A stretch of DNA of 60,734 bases from Rhodothermia bacterium (lineage in GTDB: Bacteria > Bacteroidota > Rhodothermia > Rhodothermales > UBA10348): contig BTQE01000004.1 in assembly GCA_036985715.1 (NCBI GenBank), positions 1 through 60,734 of the forward strand. Direction: 5' to 3'. Of the stretch, positions 30,246 to 40,159 are shown piece after piece; the first letter of the stretch is position 1, and each line of letters begins with the position of its first letter. The position numbers were made by a program, and so were the translations under genes. Under the pieces are notes generated by a model. That model saw only the letters and a list, made by a program, of their open reading frames with translations, was not told the DNA's origin and made no database searches.

Positions 30246-30264
30246 TCATATATGTAACATATGA
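30246..30264. promoter_or_regulatory. Inverted repeat TCATAT-N7-ATATGA upstream of lexA (candidate operator)
   Basis: 'TCATATATGTAACATATGA' lies 58 bp upstream of the lexA ATG. It is the only clear palindrome in the recO-lexA spacer. Confidence 0.3.
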
Positions 30265-30321
30265 GTAACTTCGGACTCATCAAATTCATCCTCAGCTTCT
30301 TTCTCAGCAGCTTCCTCAGCA

Positions 30322-30975
30322 ATGTCTCGACGATACCTAACGCCCAAACAACAGGACTTTTTGCAGTACATACGTGACTATGTATCCAACCAGGGTGTCT
30401 GGCCAACGTACCGGGAGATGAGCGAACATTTCGACTTTCGTTCACCCAATAGTGTTACTCAAAATCTTCAGGCGCTAAACAGAAAGGGATTTCTGCTGCG
30501 TGATGAGGAAGGATACCGATTCCGTGAGGAAGACGGTCAGGCCGTTTCAGGGATTCCAATCAAGGGTGTGATCGCCGCCGGTCGACTGCAGGAGGCGGTT
30601 GAGGAAGACCTGGGAACCATCACGCTGTCGATGATCTTTCCGCAACTCGATCGCATATTTGCCATTCGGGTTTCTGGAACGTCTATGCAGGGAGAAGAAA
30701 TCTCTGATGGGGACTACGTCCTTCTGATGGACGATGATATTCCGAACGGCGAAATCGGAGCCATACTTTATAATGGTGAGACTTCACTCAAGCGAGTCTT
30801 CTATGATGAATATGGTCTCCGTCTTGAACCAGCCAACAGTGAGTATTCAGATATACATATTCGACCGGACGTATTCGAGGAAGTGCGTGTGCTGGGTCGC
30901 TATGTTGGCCATGTCAATTCAAACGGGATATTCAGTCGTGTCAGGCAAGGTGCAGCTGCTTCAGCTATTGCCTGA
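30322..30975 (+). CDS. lexA: LexA repressor (S24 peptidase)
   Basis: N-terminal wHTH ('PTYREMSEHFDFRSPNSVTQNLQALNRKGFL'), Ala-Gly cleavage site 'VIAAGRL', Ser in 'VSGTSM' and Lys in 'SLKRV'. Confidence 0.9.
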   Translation: MSRRYLTPKQQDFLQYIRDYVSNQGVWPTYREMSEHFDFRSPNSVTQNLQALNRKGFLLRDEEGYRFREEDGQAVSGIPIKGVIAAGRLQEAVEEDLGTITLSMIFPQLDRIFAIRVSGTSMQGEEISDGDYVLLMDDDIPNGEIGAILYNGETSLKRVFYDEYGLRLEPANSEYSDIHIRPDVFEEVRVLGRYVGHVNSNGIFSRVRQGAAASAIA

Positions 30976-31106
30976 ATCACTTCATAGGAACTGCACCCAT
31001 TATTCGCTCGCGCTGATTCTGCGCAGAACCTGTAAGTCTGCAAATAGTAACTGCGTACTCTTTATTTGAAGCGTATAGTTTCTGTGAGCACGAATTTTCA
31101 GCCGCA

Positions 31107-32570
31107 ATGCGAAACGGTCCGGTAAGTATTCCTCTGTTTGTCATATTTATTGCTCTGTTCTGTTCAGGCGTGGCTCATGGACAGACATTTGAGTTCTCCT
31201 GGGATCGGTCCACCATCTATGCGATCATCACGGACCAATTTTACAACGGCGATCCCTCGAATGACCAGGCCGACAGGCAGCTGGACGCACGTATTTCGTC
31301 CAGTGCGTCAAGTAGTCAGTTTGGCGGTGATTTTGCAGGAATATTGGCTAAGATCGAGGAGGGTTATTTCAGTAGCCTTGGGGTAGATGCGATCTCTATT
31401 TCATTGGTCAATCCGCGTAGCTCATCTGGCGACGCGTATTCGTCGATCTGGCCGGTGGACTACACGGATATTTCACCCTCATTTGGCACGGTGGATGAAT
31501 TTGAACGCCTGGTCGATACAGCGCACGAGCAGGATCTACGGGTCATCATGGAGGTCACGCTTCCTGAACGGACCGAAGAATTCGCTATCGATTCGGTGTC
31601 ATCTGAGCGCGGCCCTTTGATTCGTGAGATTCTCGATGAGAAGTGGGGTGACTCAGGTTCAGAAATGACAAGCTCCCTGATTCGATACTTCGACCGTTCC
31701 GGCTATCCGGTTAACTCGGACTATATGGCCATCAAATGGTTGACAGACTGGGTTCGCATTTTCGGAGTTGATGCGTTTCGAGTCCGAGACGCAGAATCGA
31801 TAAAGAAAGATCTGTTCTCTGTCTTAAAGGCAGAGGGGGTCGCCGCCCTCAGGGAATGGAAATCAGAACACCCGACCAAATCCAGGGATGACCTTGAGTT
31901 CTGGCTAATGGCGGACGTCCAGGATCATGGCCCGGAAAAATCACAATTCCATGATGCGGGCGTAGATGCCACAACGAATTTTGGCTTCGCAAACGGGGAT
32001 GATGATCTGGATTCCATTTATGCAGATTATAGCGCCAGTATTACGGCGGATCCGACATACAATATTGTATCGTTCGTCTCTTCGGCAGCTTCCGAGCTTT
32101 ACGATCGAACAGATCTCATCGATGCGGGGACGGAGCTCTTTCTCCTACCTGGGGTGATCCAGATTTTTTACGGCGATGAGACCGCCCGACCCCAGGGCGA
32201 AAACCGTAGCATTGATGGAGATTCGCCCTCACCCATGAACTGGGATGACGCCGACGAACGAGTTCGTAGTCACTGGTCCAAATTGGGTCAGTTTCGGGCT
32301 CAGCATCCGTCTGTTGCTGCAGGTGTGCATGAAAAGATCAACGACGATCCGTACGCGTTTTACCGCGGTGTGCGAATCGGCGCGAATGTAGATGAGATCA
32401 TCGTAGTGATGGGGGCGACCGGTCGCACTCAACTCAATGTTCGCAAGTACTTTCCTGACGACACGATCCTCAGGGATGCGTATACCGGCAAGATTTCTAT
32501 GGTCTCTTTTGGAGAAGCTGCCTTTGAGGCCGGTGAGAATGGAGTACTCCTTCTGGAAACCGTCCAGTAG
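31107..32570 (+). CDS. GH13 (alpha-amylase family)-like secreted protein with poorly conserved catalytic regions
   Basis: 'DQFYNGDPSND' and 'GVDAISISLVNP' are GH13-like N-terminal signatures and the length (487 aa) fits. By eye, regions I-IV deviate from consensus (see findings). Confidence 0.6.
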   Translation: MRNGPVSIPLFVIFIALFCSGVAHGQTFEFSWDRSTIYAIITDQFYNGDPSNDQADRQLDARISSSASSSQFGGDFAGILAKIEEGYFSSLGVDAISISLVNPRSSSGDAYSSIWPVDYTDISPSFGTVDEFERLVDTAHEQDLRVIMEVTLPERTEEFAIDSVSSERGPLIREILDEKWGDSGSEMTSSLIRYFDRSGYPVNSDYMAIKWLTDWVRIFGVDAFRVRDAESIKKDLFSVLKAEGVAALREWKSEHPTKSRDDLEFWLMADVQDHGPEKSQFHDAGVDATTNFGFANGDDDLDSIYADYSASITADPTYNIVSFVSSAASELYDRTDLIDAGTELFLLPGVIQIFYGDETARPQGENRSIDGDSPSPMNWDDADERVRSHWSKLGQFRAQHPSVAAGVHEKINDDPYAFYRGVRIGANVDEIIVVMGATGRTQLNVRKYFPDDTILRDAYTGKISMVSFGEAAFEAGENGVLLLETVQ

Positions 32571-32575
32571 TTAAA

Positions 32576-35320
32576 TCAAGTTCCGACGGCAGCCGTATTT
32601 AAAAATTCTCTTAATACGAAGTGGAGAATACCGCCATGTCGGAAGTATTCCACTTCGACAGGCGTGTCGATGCGGCACCGGGTCTCGAACGTGATCTCTG
32701 ATCCGTCGGGCTTCCCGGCCGTCACGAGAATGGACTGACCAGCCTGCAGGTCGTTGGAAACGGGAATGGAAAAAATCTCTGTTCCATCGAGGCCGATCGA
32801 TTCTGCTGTCTCGTTTTCGTCGTACTGAAGCGGAAGCACACCCATGCCGATCAGGTTGGAACGGTGAATGCGTTCAAAACTCTCAGCAATCACTGCTTTA
32901 ACACCAAGGAGTAGCGTGCCTTTCGCTGCCCAGTCTCGACTGGAACCCATTCCGTAGTCCTTCCCGGCCAGGACAACGAGCGACGTGCCTTCATCGTGGT
33001 ATTTCATCGATGCATCATAGATCGACATCGTATTTCCAGAAGAATGATGGACTGTAACTCCGCCCTCCGTGCCTGGCAGAAGGTGATTCTTGATTCGAAT
33101 ATTCGCGAACGTACCGCGCATCATCACTTCATGATTTCCGCGCCTTGAACCGTAAGAATTGAAGTCCAGATACGGGACGTTACTTCCCAGCAAATAGTCG
33201 GCGGCAGGGCTGTCCGGAGCGATAGCACCGGCCGGTGATATATGATCCGTAGTGGTCGAGTGACCCACCTTGACGAGCACACGCGCATCTTCGATCGACT
33301 GGATCGAGGGAATCTCTGAAGTCAGCTCCTTGAAGAACGGAGGTTCCTGGACATACGTGGATTCGGTATTCCATTCATAAATGGACCCCTCTGGAATCTG
33401 AATCGCATTCCAGGTCTCATTCGAATCCTCAATGCCGCTATATTCTTCGATGAACATTTCCGGTTTCACGCTGCTGTTGACCAGTTCCTGTATTTCATTT
33501 GCCGAAGGCCAGATATCTTTCAAATAGACGTCTGAACCATCGGATCCGGTACCAAGCGGATCTCGAGTTAAATCGAGATTTACCGTTCCAGCGAGCGCGT
33601 ATGCGACCACCAGCGGGGGAGATGCCAGATAATTTGCCTGAACCAATTGATGAATGCGGCCTTCGAAATTCCGATTCCCCGATAGAACACCCGCAACAAT
33701 TAAATCTGCTCCTTTGACGGCATTTGCCGTGGCTTCAGGGAGCGGGCCAGAGTTCCCAATACACGTGGTGCACCCATACCCGACGACGCTGAATCCAAGC
33801 ATATCCAGGTAGGACGTCAATCCGGCTTCGTCCAAATACCCGGTAACTACCTTTGAGCCGGGAGCAAGGCTGGTTTTGACATGGGGTTTGACTTTGAGAC
33901 CCCTCTCAACGGCCTTTTTGGCCACCAGTCCCGCTCCAATCATCACCGTAGGATTACTCGTATTCGTGCAGCTCGTAATTGCAGCAATGGCTACATCGCC
34001 ATGGTGCAGTTCAGACACTTCGCCATTGTCGAGCACAAACTCACCTGTGTCGTACAATCGGTTTTCGGGTAATCCGAATCCATGCGGTCCGGCTGGATCC
34101 GACAGGGATTTGGCAAAACGATTCTTCAAATGAGGAAGGGCAATTCTGTCCTGGGGACGCTTAGGCCCGGACAGGCTGGGGACAACAGAGGTCATATCCA
34201 ATTCGAGTACATCCATGAACTCAGGATCTTTCGAAACGTCCGTCCTGAATAGTCCCTGTCCTCTGGTATACCTCTCAACCATTTTCACCAATTCAGGAGC
34301 GCGGCCAGTACGGAGCAAGAAGTCGAGGGTCTCTTGATCGACAGGAAAGAAGCCCATGGTTGCGCCGTATTCGGGCGACATGTTGGCGATCGTCGCCCGG
34401 TCTGGAACGCTCATGTTTCCGACTCCGGGTCCAAAAAATTCGACAAACTTGCCTACGACACCATATTCTCTAAGCGTCTCGGTAATGGTTAGGACAAGGT
34501 CGGTGGCGGTGGCGCCGTCAGGTATATGTCCCGTGAGTTTGAACCCGACTACTTCCGGCATGAGCATATATACGGGCTGCCCGAGCATGACGGCCTCGGC
34601 CTCAATGCCGCCCACACCCCAACCGACAACACCCAGGCCGTCGATCATGGTCGTATGACTATCTGTTCCGACGAGTGTGTCCGGGTAATACACGGTAGAG
34701 CCCGCGTCCTCTTCCTTGCTCCAGACACAGCGACCCAGGTATTCGAGATTCACCTGATGACAGATTCCACTGGCAGGTGGTACGACTGAAAAGTTATCGA
34801 ACGCTTGTTTTCCCCAGCGCAAAAACTCATACCGCTCGCGATTGCGATAAAATTCTTTTTCCGCGTTAATCTGAAGTGCATCTGACGCCCCGAACGCATC
34901 AACCTGGACAGAATGATCGATGACTAAATCTACAGGTATGCGGGGATTGATCTCGTTGGGATCACCGCCAAGTCGGGCCATGGCAGATCGCATGGCGGCG
35001 AGGTCAACGACCGCGGGCACACCCGTAAAATCCTGTAGAAGTACTCGAGCGGGAAGGAATGGTATCTCGACGCGGGCGGGAGCACTCGGGTCGTACCTGG
35101 CCAATTGTTCTACGTCTTCCTTTGTTACAAGAAAATCGTCGCAATTCCTTAGTGCACATTCGAGAAGGACCTTAATGGAGAACGGAAGCCGGTCGATCCG
35201 GTCAAATCCTGATTCTTTGAGCCGATCCAACCTATACATGACGCCCGTGCCGCTACCCGTGTCAAATGTGTGCCGGGCGCCGAAAAGGTCCTGGTCAGTG
35301 GGTGGGTTTAATTCGCTCAT
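32576..35320 (-). CDS. acnA: Aconitate hydratase A
   Basis: About 914 aa with the Fe-S ligand context '[10 protein letters not shown]' and '[10 protein letters not shown]'. ATG 35320 ('MSELNPP') is preferred over the track's TTG at 35335. Confidence 0.95.
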   Translation of the reverse strand: MSELNPPTDQDLFGARHTFDTGSGTGVMYRLDRLKESGFDRIDRLPFSIKVLLECALRNCDDFLVTKEDVEQLARYDPSAPARVEIPFLPARVLLQDFTGVPAVVDLAAMRSAMARLGGDPNEINPRIPVDLVIDHSVQVDAFGASDALQINAEKEFYRNRERYEFLRWGKQAFDNFSVVPPASGICHQVNLEYLGRCVWSKEEDAGSTVYYPDTLVGTDSHTTMIDGLGVVGWGVGGIEAEAVMLGQPVYMLMPEVVGFKLTGHIPDGATATDLVLTITETLREYGVVGKFVEFFGPGVGNMSVPDRATIANMSPEYGATMGFFPVDQETLDFLLRTGRAPELVKMVERYTRGQGLFRTDVSKDPEFMDVLELDMTSVVPSLSGPKRPQDRIALPHLKNRFAKSLSDPAGPHGFGLPENRLYDTGEFVLDNGEVSELHHGDVAIAAITSCTNTSNPTVMIGAGLVAKKAVERGLKVKPHVKTSLAPGSKVVTGYLDEAGLTSYLDMLGFSVVGYGCTTCIGNSGPLPEATANAVKGADLIVAGVLSGNRNFEGRIHQLVQANYLASPPLVVAYALAGTVNLDLTRDPLGTGSDGSDVYLKDIWPSANEIQELVNSSVKPEMFIEEYSGIEDSNETWNAIQIPEGSIYEWNTESTYVQEPPFFKELTSEIPSIQSIEDARVLVKVGHSTTTDHISPAGAIAPDSPAADYLLGSNVPYLDFNSYGSRRGNHEVMMRGTFANIRIKNHLLPGTEGGVTVHHSSGNTMSIYDASMKYHDEGTSLVVLAGKDYGMGSSRDWAAKGTLLLGVKAVIAESFERIHRSNLIGMGVLPLQYDENETAESIGLDGTEIFSIPVSNDLQAGQSILVTAGKPDGSEITFETRCRIDTPVEVEYFRHGGILHFVLREFLNTAAVGT

Positions 35321-35540
35321 ATGAAGTACGGCCAAAAAGTGATCAGAAACGAAATCAAACCGAGGATTTTACTCCCAGAAGCCAAGTGATACCCGTATGT
35401 AGGTGTGATTGTTCGACGCAAATAGTCGAACTGATTCATATTTCGACCATTTTAGATTAAAAAACGAACGAAAACAGACGTGTACACGATCCTGGATTCT
35501 GATTGATTTAGATCCGTTGGATGCGAATATGGCGACGATG

Positions 35541-35612
35541 GGAGCGACGAAGGCACGCTCCGAATGTATGACGACAGGAGCGACGAGGGCACGATCAGAA
35601 TGTATATTGAGT
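35541..35612. repeat. 2 x 36-bp imperfect tandem repeat in the acnA/tRNA-Ala spacer
   Basis: 'GGAGCGACGAAGGCACGCTCCGAATGTATGACGACA' is followed directly by 'GGAGCGACGAGGGCACGATCAGAATGTATATTGAGT'. Confidence 0.8.
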
Positions 35613-35657
35613 GACTGGAACAGCATGATTAACCCTTCGTTCACGCCACCCTTTTTC

Positions 35658-35730
35658 GGGGCTATAGCTCAGTTGGTAGAGTGCCTGGATCGCACCCAGG
35701 AGGTCAGGGGTTCGAATCCCCTTAGCTCCA
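35658..35730 (+). tRNA. tRNA-Ala (anticodon CGC)
   Basis: Cloverleaf folded by hand. Acceptor GGGGCTA/TAGCTCC with the G3:U70 Ala identity pair. D-arm GCTC-AGTTGGTA-GAGT. Anticodon stem CCTGG/CCAGG with loop A-T-CGC-A-C. T-arm AGGGG-TTCGAAT-CCCCT. CCA is not encoded. Confidence 0.9.
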
Positions 35731-35800
35731 CGACACAATCTTGGAACGTCGTATTCGCTATGAGCTAAGGCTTCTTCTTATTAGAGCGGAGACACTGGAT

Positions 35801-38431
35801 CTAGAACATGAATCCGGCTCTCACGTTTATTTTTGATTGTTCGGGCCCTCTAGCAAACGTGACACTAAACGTGTATTTGTAATCAAGCGGCGCGAACCAG
35901 ATCCCGCCACCGCCGGTCCCGTGCCACGTATTCGAAGATTCGCCATCCAGGAACACCCTGCCCGCATCTGCCAGGGCGATCAGGCCCCACTCCGTTGGGG
36001 CGAGGAACCTGAAACGGGAGACTCGGACGCGAAAATCCGCATTCCCGTATACGGATGCGTCGCCTGCGAATCTCAGATTAGTCAGGCCACGCACTGTGTT
36101 ACGCCCGCCGATAAACGCTGCTTCGTGGAAGGGGAATCGGCCCCATACTTTTTTCGCGCCCAACCGGAGTGCGAGTACCGGTTGAAGCGTCCCAGAGACG
36201 CTTAAATAGGTTGCCGCAGCTCCGTGAACCTCGCTGAAGGCTTTTGCTACATCTCCGAGCGCCGGGTAAAAGCTGCCACCCGCACTTAAAGAAACGCCCC
36301 GTGTTGGGGCGGTACGGTGGTCCCGCGTGTCGAAGCTCAGTGCTGCCTGAGTACCGAACTGGGTGAACCAACCGCTTCCATACGTGGCTGGCGCCACGTC
36401 ACCGAGAAATCGTGCCGTGTCTTCCCGGTTGTTAATCAGTTTAAAAATCGGTCCTACTGACGCCCGCAGATTGGAGGAAAGGGTCAGGCTAATAGAGGGC
36501 ACAAGCGTGTATTTCTGCTGCCTGACGAGGTAATAATTTGTGGACCTGGTTTTGGTTGTCTCATTACCGAATCCGAAGAATCGAAACGGATCTACGCCCG
36601 ATATCCGCGCCCGCACGGTCAGCCACAGTTTTCCGATTGCTTCGGGAAATTCGGCTTTGTAATCGAAGAGAAACCGACGACTGGTTGATACTCCAGCGCG
36701 GAACGTCATGCGGTTGGCGTACGGAAATTTACGAAATCCGTACCGGGTGCGTTCAATACCTCCTCCGAGCACGAGCCCGTGGTCCGTATTATACCCGAGC
36801 ACGGGCGCTGGTATCACGTCATATCCCCAATCGAGTGCGTACTTGCGCGCGACGCTGAGGGTATAGAGGGGACGCTTGTATTTCCGGGTATCGAGCGTGG
36901 CTGCGCCCGAGATAGTCGCTTGGTTAGTGCCTCGATAATCGTAGAACCGGGTGGCTTTCCCACTCGTGCCTGTCGTGTCGACAAAAACATCATCACCTCC
37001 AGCTCCAATGACGCGTACGGTGATCGCATGCTTAACAGCCCCGACTACCTGAACGAAATCGTCGCCACCCCCTACGTAAAGGCGAATTTCGCGCGTTTCA
37101 TCAGGATAAAAACGGCGTTCGATGTAGGGTTGGTTTTCTTTGGTACCATCCTTTTGAATTCGATAGACGGCTACGTTTACCGATCCATCGTCGTGGTGTG
37201 TAATCATTACATCTTCTGAATCGTCGGATGCATCGATCTCTACTTCCTTGCTCAAGAAAGCATAATACTCGTTCGAGATTTCGGAGAGCAGACTGCGTCT
37301 GTGGCGAAGAATGCGAATGAGTTCGTCCCCTCCTTGTTCATAGTACTCGGGGGGGAGCTGTCGAACGGCATCCTCAATAATCGCATCAGTCAACTGGGAT
37401 TGTATCCAGGTGGCAAGAGAATCCCAGGTAGGCTTAGCGAGTTCGGCCAGGACCAGACGGTCGAAGTCCCAGCCTAATTCGGTAACGCCCCGCACGCTCT
37501 CCATTTCATAACCGAATCCCGTGACGTTGTGCCTGAAGAGACGAACTATGCTCCAGATGAGGCCATCGTTTCCAACGAACGCCTCGTCACGATCTCGTGG
37601 AACGGGCCGCCAAATGTGTAATGGCCCTTCGTCATACCGAGCCCATCTCCACTGATCAAAATGGCGATCTCTGTCTCCCAGCAAGATATCGAAGAGCCGA
37701 ACTTTTAAAACCGCGGCTGCGTCCACGCGGTGATACGAGCTTTCCTTCAGGTGTTCGAGCAGCCTATCTGTTCCAGCAACTCTTTTCGCGCCGGCGAAAC
37801 CAGGATTCCTGTCGGTTTCATCATCCGGACGCTCTTCAAGTTGTCCCAGCATCCCAGCATAGAGTTGACTCAGGCTGTCAAGGGGTGGGGCGTCTGGCAT
37901 CACATACAACCTCGGCGTCACATGCAAGATGTCGAGCGCCTCAGACAGGGGAGCCACTATGAGTGCCGCCGCCGGATGAAACGCGCTCACTTTGAGGTCC
38001 TGTACGACTGATTGGATGATGCTGCGATCGAACATTTCCGGTAATAATATCTCCTTGTTGACCGGGCGAAAAACATATCGACGGCCGTTTGCTCCCTGCA
38101 AATGCAACGTCTTTGATTGGCCCATTCCTCCGCCTCGGATGAGCGTGAGCCCGCCAGCATACTCGCCGAGATCCAGAACGTCTACCTCAACGGGAGTCGC
38201 CCATACCTCTCGGTATTTGCTACCGTAAAAGAAACGGTGTAACCAGCCAGCCAGGTACGTGTCATTCGCTACCAGGCGAACCCGTTGTGTCGTTGTAGGA
38301 GTAGAACGCGCCTCCTTGCTGACGATTTGGGCCTGAGCGGGCGAGAATGCCGTAGAAACCGACATGGTGGCGATCAGCAGGGTCAGCCCCCACCTTTTCA
38401 GGATGGAGAAATACGAAATGGAGTGCGTCAT
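35801..38431 (-). CDS. Omp85/BamA-TamA superfamily outer-membrane protein with a large atypical N-terminal region
   Basis: Signal peptide. The C-terminal ~350 aa is beta-barrel-like and ends '...NVRAGFMF' (terminal aromatic). 876 aa. Confidence 0.6.
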   Translation of the reverse strand: MTHSISYFSILKRWGLTLLIATMSVSTAFSPAQAQIVSKEARSTPTTTQRVRLVANDTYLAGWLHRFFYGSKYREVWATPVEVDVLDLGEYAGGLTLIRGGGMGQSKTLHLQGANGRRYVFRPVNKEILLPEMFDRSIIQSVVQDLKVSAFHPAAALIVAPLSEALDILHVTPRLYVMPDAPPLDSLSQLYAGMLGQLEERPDDETDRNPGFAGAKRVAGTDRLLEHLKESSYHRVDAAAVLKVRLFDILLGDRDRHFDQWRWARYDEGPLHIWRPVPRDRDEAFVGNDGLIWSIVRLFRHNVTGFGYEMESVRGVTELGWDFDRLVLAELAKPTWDSLATWIQSQLTDAIIEDAVRQLPPEYYEQGGDELIRILRHRRSLLSEISNEYYAFLSKEVEIDASDDSEDVMITHHDDGSVNVAVYRIQKDGTKENQPYIERRFYPDETREIRLYVGGGDDFVQVVGAVKHAITVRVIGAGGDDVFVDTTGTSGKATRFYDYRGTNQATISGAATLDTRKYKRPLYTLSVARKYALDWGYDVIPAPVLGYNTDHGLVLGGGIERTRYGFRKFPYANRMTFRAGVSTSRRFLFDYKAEFPEAIGKLWLTVRARISGVDPFRFFGFGNETTKTRSTNYYLVRQQKYTLVPSISLTLSSNLRASVGPIFKLINNREDTARFLGDVAPATYGSGWFTQFGTQAALSFDTRDHRTAPTRGVSLSAGGSFYPALGDVAKAFSEVHGAAATYLSVSGTLQPVLALRLGAKKVWGRFPFHEAAFIGGRNTVRGLTNLRFAGDASVYGNADFRVRVSRFRFLAPTEWGLIALADAGRVFLDGESSNTWHGTGGGGIWFAPLDYKYTFSVTFARGPEQSKINVRAGFMF

Positions 38432-38569
38432 AATTTCCGTTCAGTTCATGCAATGGGGTCAAACGTAAAGGTCCAGTCCCTGGGAACGGCAACCTCCTGC
38501 TCCCCAAAAACCCCCACCCAATTCCTGGGTGGACTTCAGAACCCTTAGTTCCACAGCGTCAGTTGACGA

Positions 38570-40159
38570 TCAGCTATCGTCAGTTGGCTTTCCCCACCCC
38601 CCTCCGCCCGGAGTTTCAACTCTCAGTCGCTCTCCTCGGTGGAATGTTTCCGAAAATTGAGCAGGTAGACGAGTTTTCTTTCCATCGCTCGAAAAGCGAG
38701 AGTTCAAGCCTGGCGCTCCGTTGCTTCCACCATTTAGACCCCACGGTGCAGATTCACGCCGGGTACTCTGCATGGTTACCCGCGTTGACTCGAGAAACTC
38801 ATATTCCCGAATCACGCCATCGCCTCCGCTGTGGATTCCGTTGCCGCCCGTTCCAATTCGTCTGGCATATTCGGTAATCCGGATAGGATAAGCATGCTCG
38901 AAGGCCTCAATCGGCGTGTTCATGGTATTCGTCATATGAACGTGAACACAATTCAGCCCGTCAGCATCTGGCGAAGCCCCGAGTCCTCCAGCGATGGTTT
39001 CATAATACACGTAAGGATCGGTTCCACTTGCGGATGTTTGACCCATCGTTACGTTGTTCATCGTTCCCTGAGAGGCGGCTGGGATTCGATCCGGAAGAAT
39101 GATTGCCATTGCTCCCAGCACGGCATCCACTATTCGCTGAGAGGTTTCTACGTTTCCGGCTGCAACGGCAGAAGGCGCGTTTGCGTTTACGATCGAACCC
39201 TCGGGAGCACGAAGAGAAACAGGTCGAAAACAGCCATCATTTACCGGAATATCATCGGTCGAAAGACATCGGACGACGTAATAACACGCTGACTGCGTAA
39301 TTGCGAGGACTGCGTTATACGCATGCGGGCCTGATGGGGAAGATCCTTCAAAATCAAATTCTACAGTTTCTCCGCTGACCGTCGCATTGACTCGAATAAT
39401 TTGACGTGCTGCGATTCCGTCCACGATCAAATCAAGATCATCTTCAAACACCCCGTCTCCATCCGGCCATGCACCGATCATTGAATGCATCCGGTTCTCA
39501 GAATACTCCTGAAGGTGCCTCGCATAACATGCGACCTCTTCGGCGCCGAAGGATTGAAATAGCTCCAACAATCGGGTGGCGCCGGCCTCATTTGCACCCA
39601 TCTGTGCAGCAAGGTCTCCCTTTCTCTCGTCTGGTGTTCTGACATTTCTAAGTATCACGTCGAGAAGGTCCTGATTGATTTTTCCATCCGACACCAGGCG
39701 AACGGGAGGGAGGATGAGGCCCTCCTGGAATATTTCAGTCGATAGCGGTAAGGAGCCGGGAGACATTCCCCCGACGTCGGAATGGTGTGCGCGACTCGCG
39801 ACGAAAAAGAGAGGCGCATTGGCGACGTCTTCAAATACCGGAGAAATCATCGTGAGATCGGGCAAATGGGTGCCGCCCATGTACGGATCATTCAGAACAA
39901 CAACATCTCCACGGGACCAGGCCTCAACGCGCTCCAGCCCAGCCTGAACCGACTCGGACATGGCTCCCAGATGCACCGGGATGTGGGCTGCCTGGGCAAC
40001 GAGTTTTCCTTCGGCGTCGAACAGGGCGCACGAGAAATCGAGCCGTTCCTTGATGTTGGCGGAAAACGCGGTGCGCTTGAGGGCGGTACCCATTTCTTCG
40101 GCGATCCCTTCGAACCGGTGCCGGTAGACCTCGAGCGATATAGGATCGTAGGCCGTCAT
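38570..40159 (-). CDS. hyuB: Hydantoinase B / oxoprolinase family protein
   Basis: '[44 protein letters not shown]' is a canonical HyuB N-terminus. ATG 40159 overlaps the hyuA stop (ATGA). Confidence 0.85.
   Translation of the reverse strand: MTAYDPISLEVYRHRFEGIAEEMGTALKRTAFSANIKERLDFSCALFDAEGKLVAQAAHIPVHLGAMSESVQAGLERVEAWSRGDVVVLNDPYMGGTHLPDLTMISPVFEDVANAPLFFVASRAHHSDVGGMSPGSLPLSTEIFQEGLILPPVRLVSDGKINQDLLDVILRNVRTPDERKGDLAAQMGANEAGATRLLELFQSFGAEEVACYARHLQEYSENRMHSMIGAWPDGDGVFEDDLDLIVDGIAARQIIRVNATVSGETVEFDFEGSSPSGPHAYNAVLAITQSACYYVVRCLSTDDIPVNDGCFRPVSLRAPEGSIVNANAPSAVAAGNVETSQRIVDAVLGAMAIILPDRIPAASQGTMNNVTMGQTSASGTDPYVYYETIAGGLGASPDADGLNCVHVHMTNTMNTPIEAFEHAYPIRITEYARRIGTGGNGIHSGGDGVIREYEFLESTRVTMQSTRRESAPWGLNGGSNGAPGLNSRFSSDGKKTRLPAQFSETFHRGERLRVETPGGGGWGKPTDDS

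Noticed and set aside
31015-31026. 12-bp perfect palindrome TTCTGCGCAGAA downstream of lexA as a terminator or operator.
   Set aside because: The stem has no loop and no U-tract follows, so a single short palindrome is consistent with chance.
35658-35730. tRNA-Ala as an integration hotspot with an adjacent genomic island.
   Set aside because: There is no integrase, no duplicated tRNA 3' end and no atypical genes on either side; the neighbours are acnA and an Omp85-family gene.
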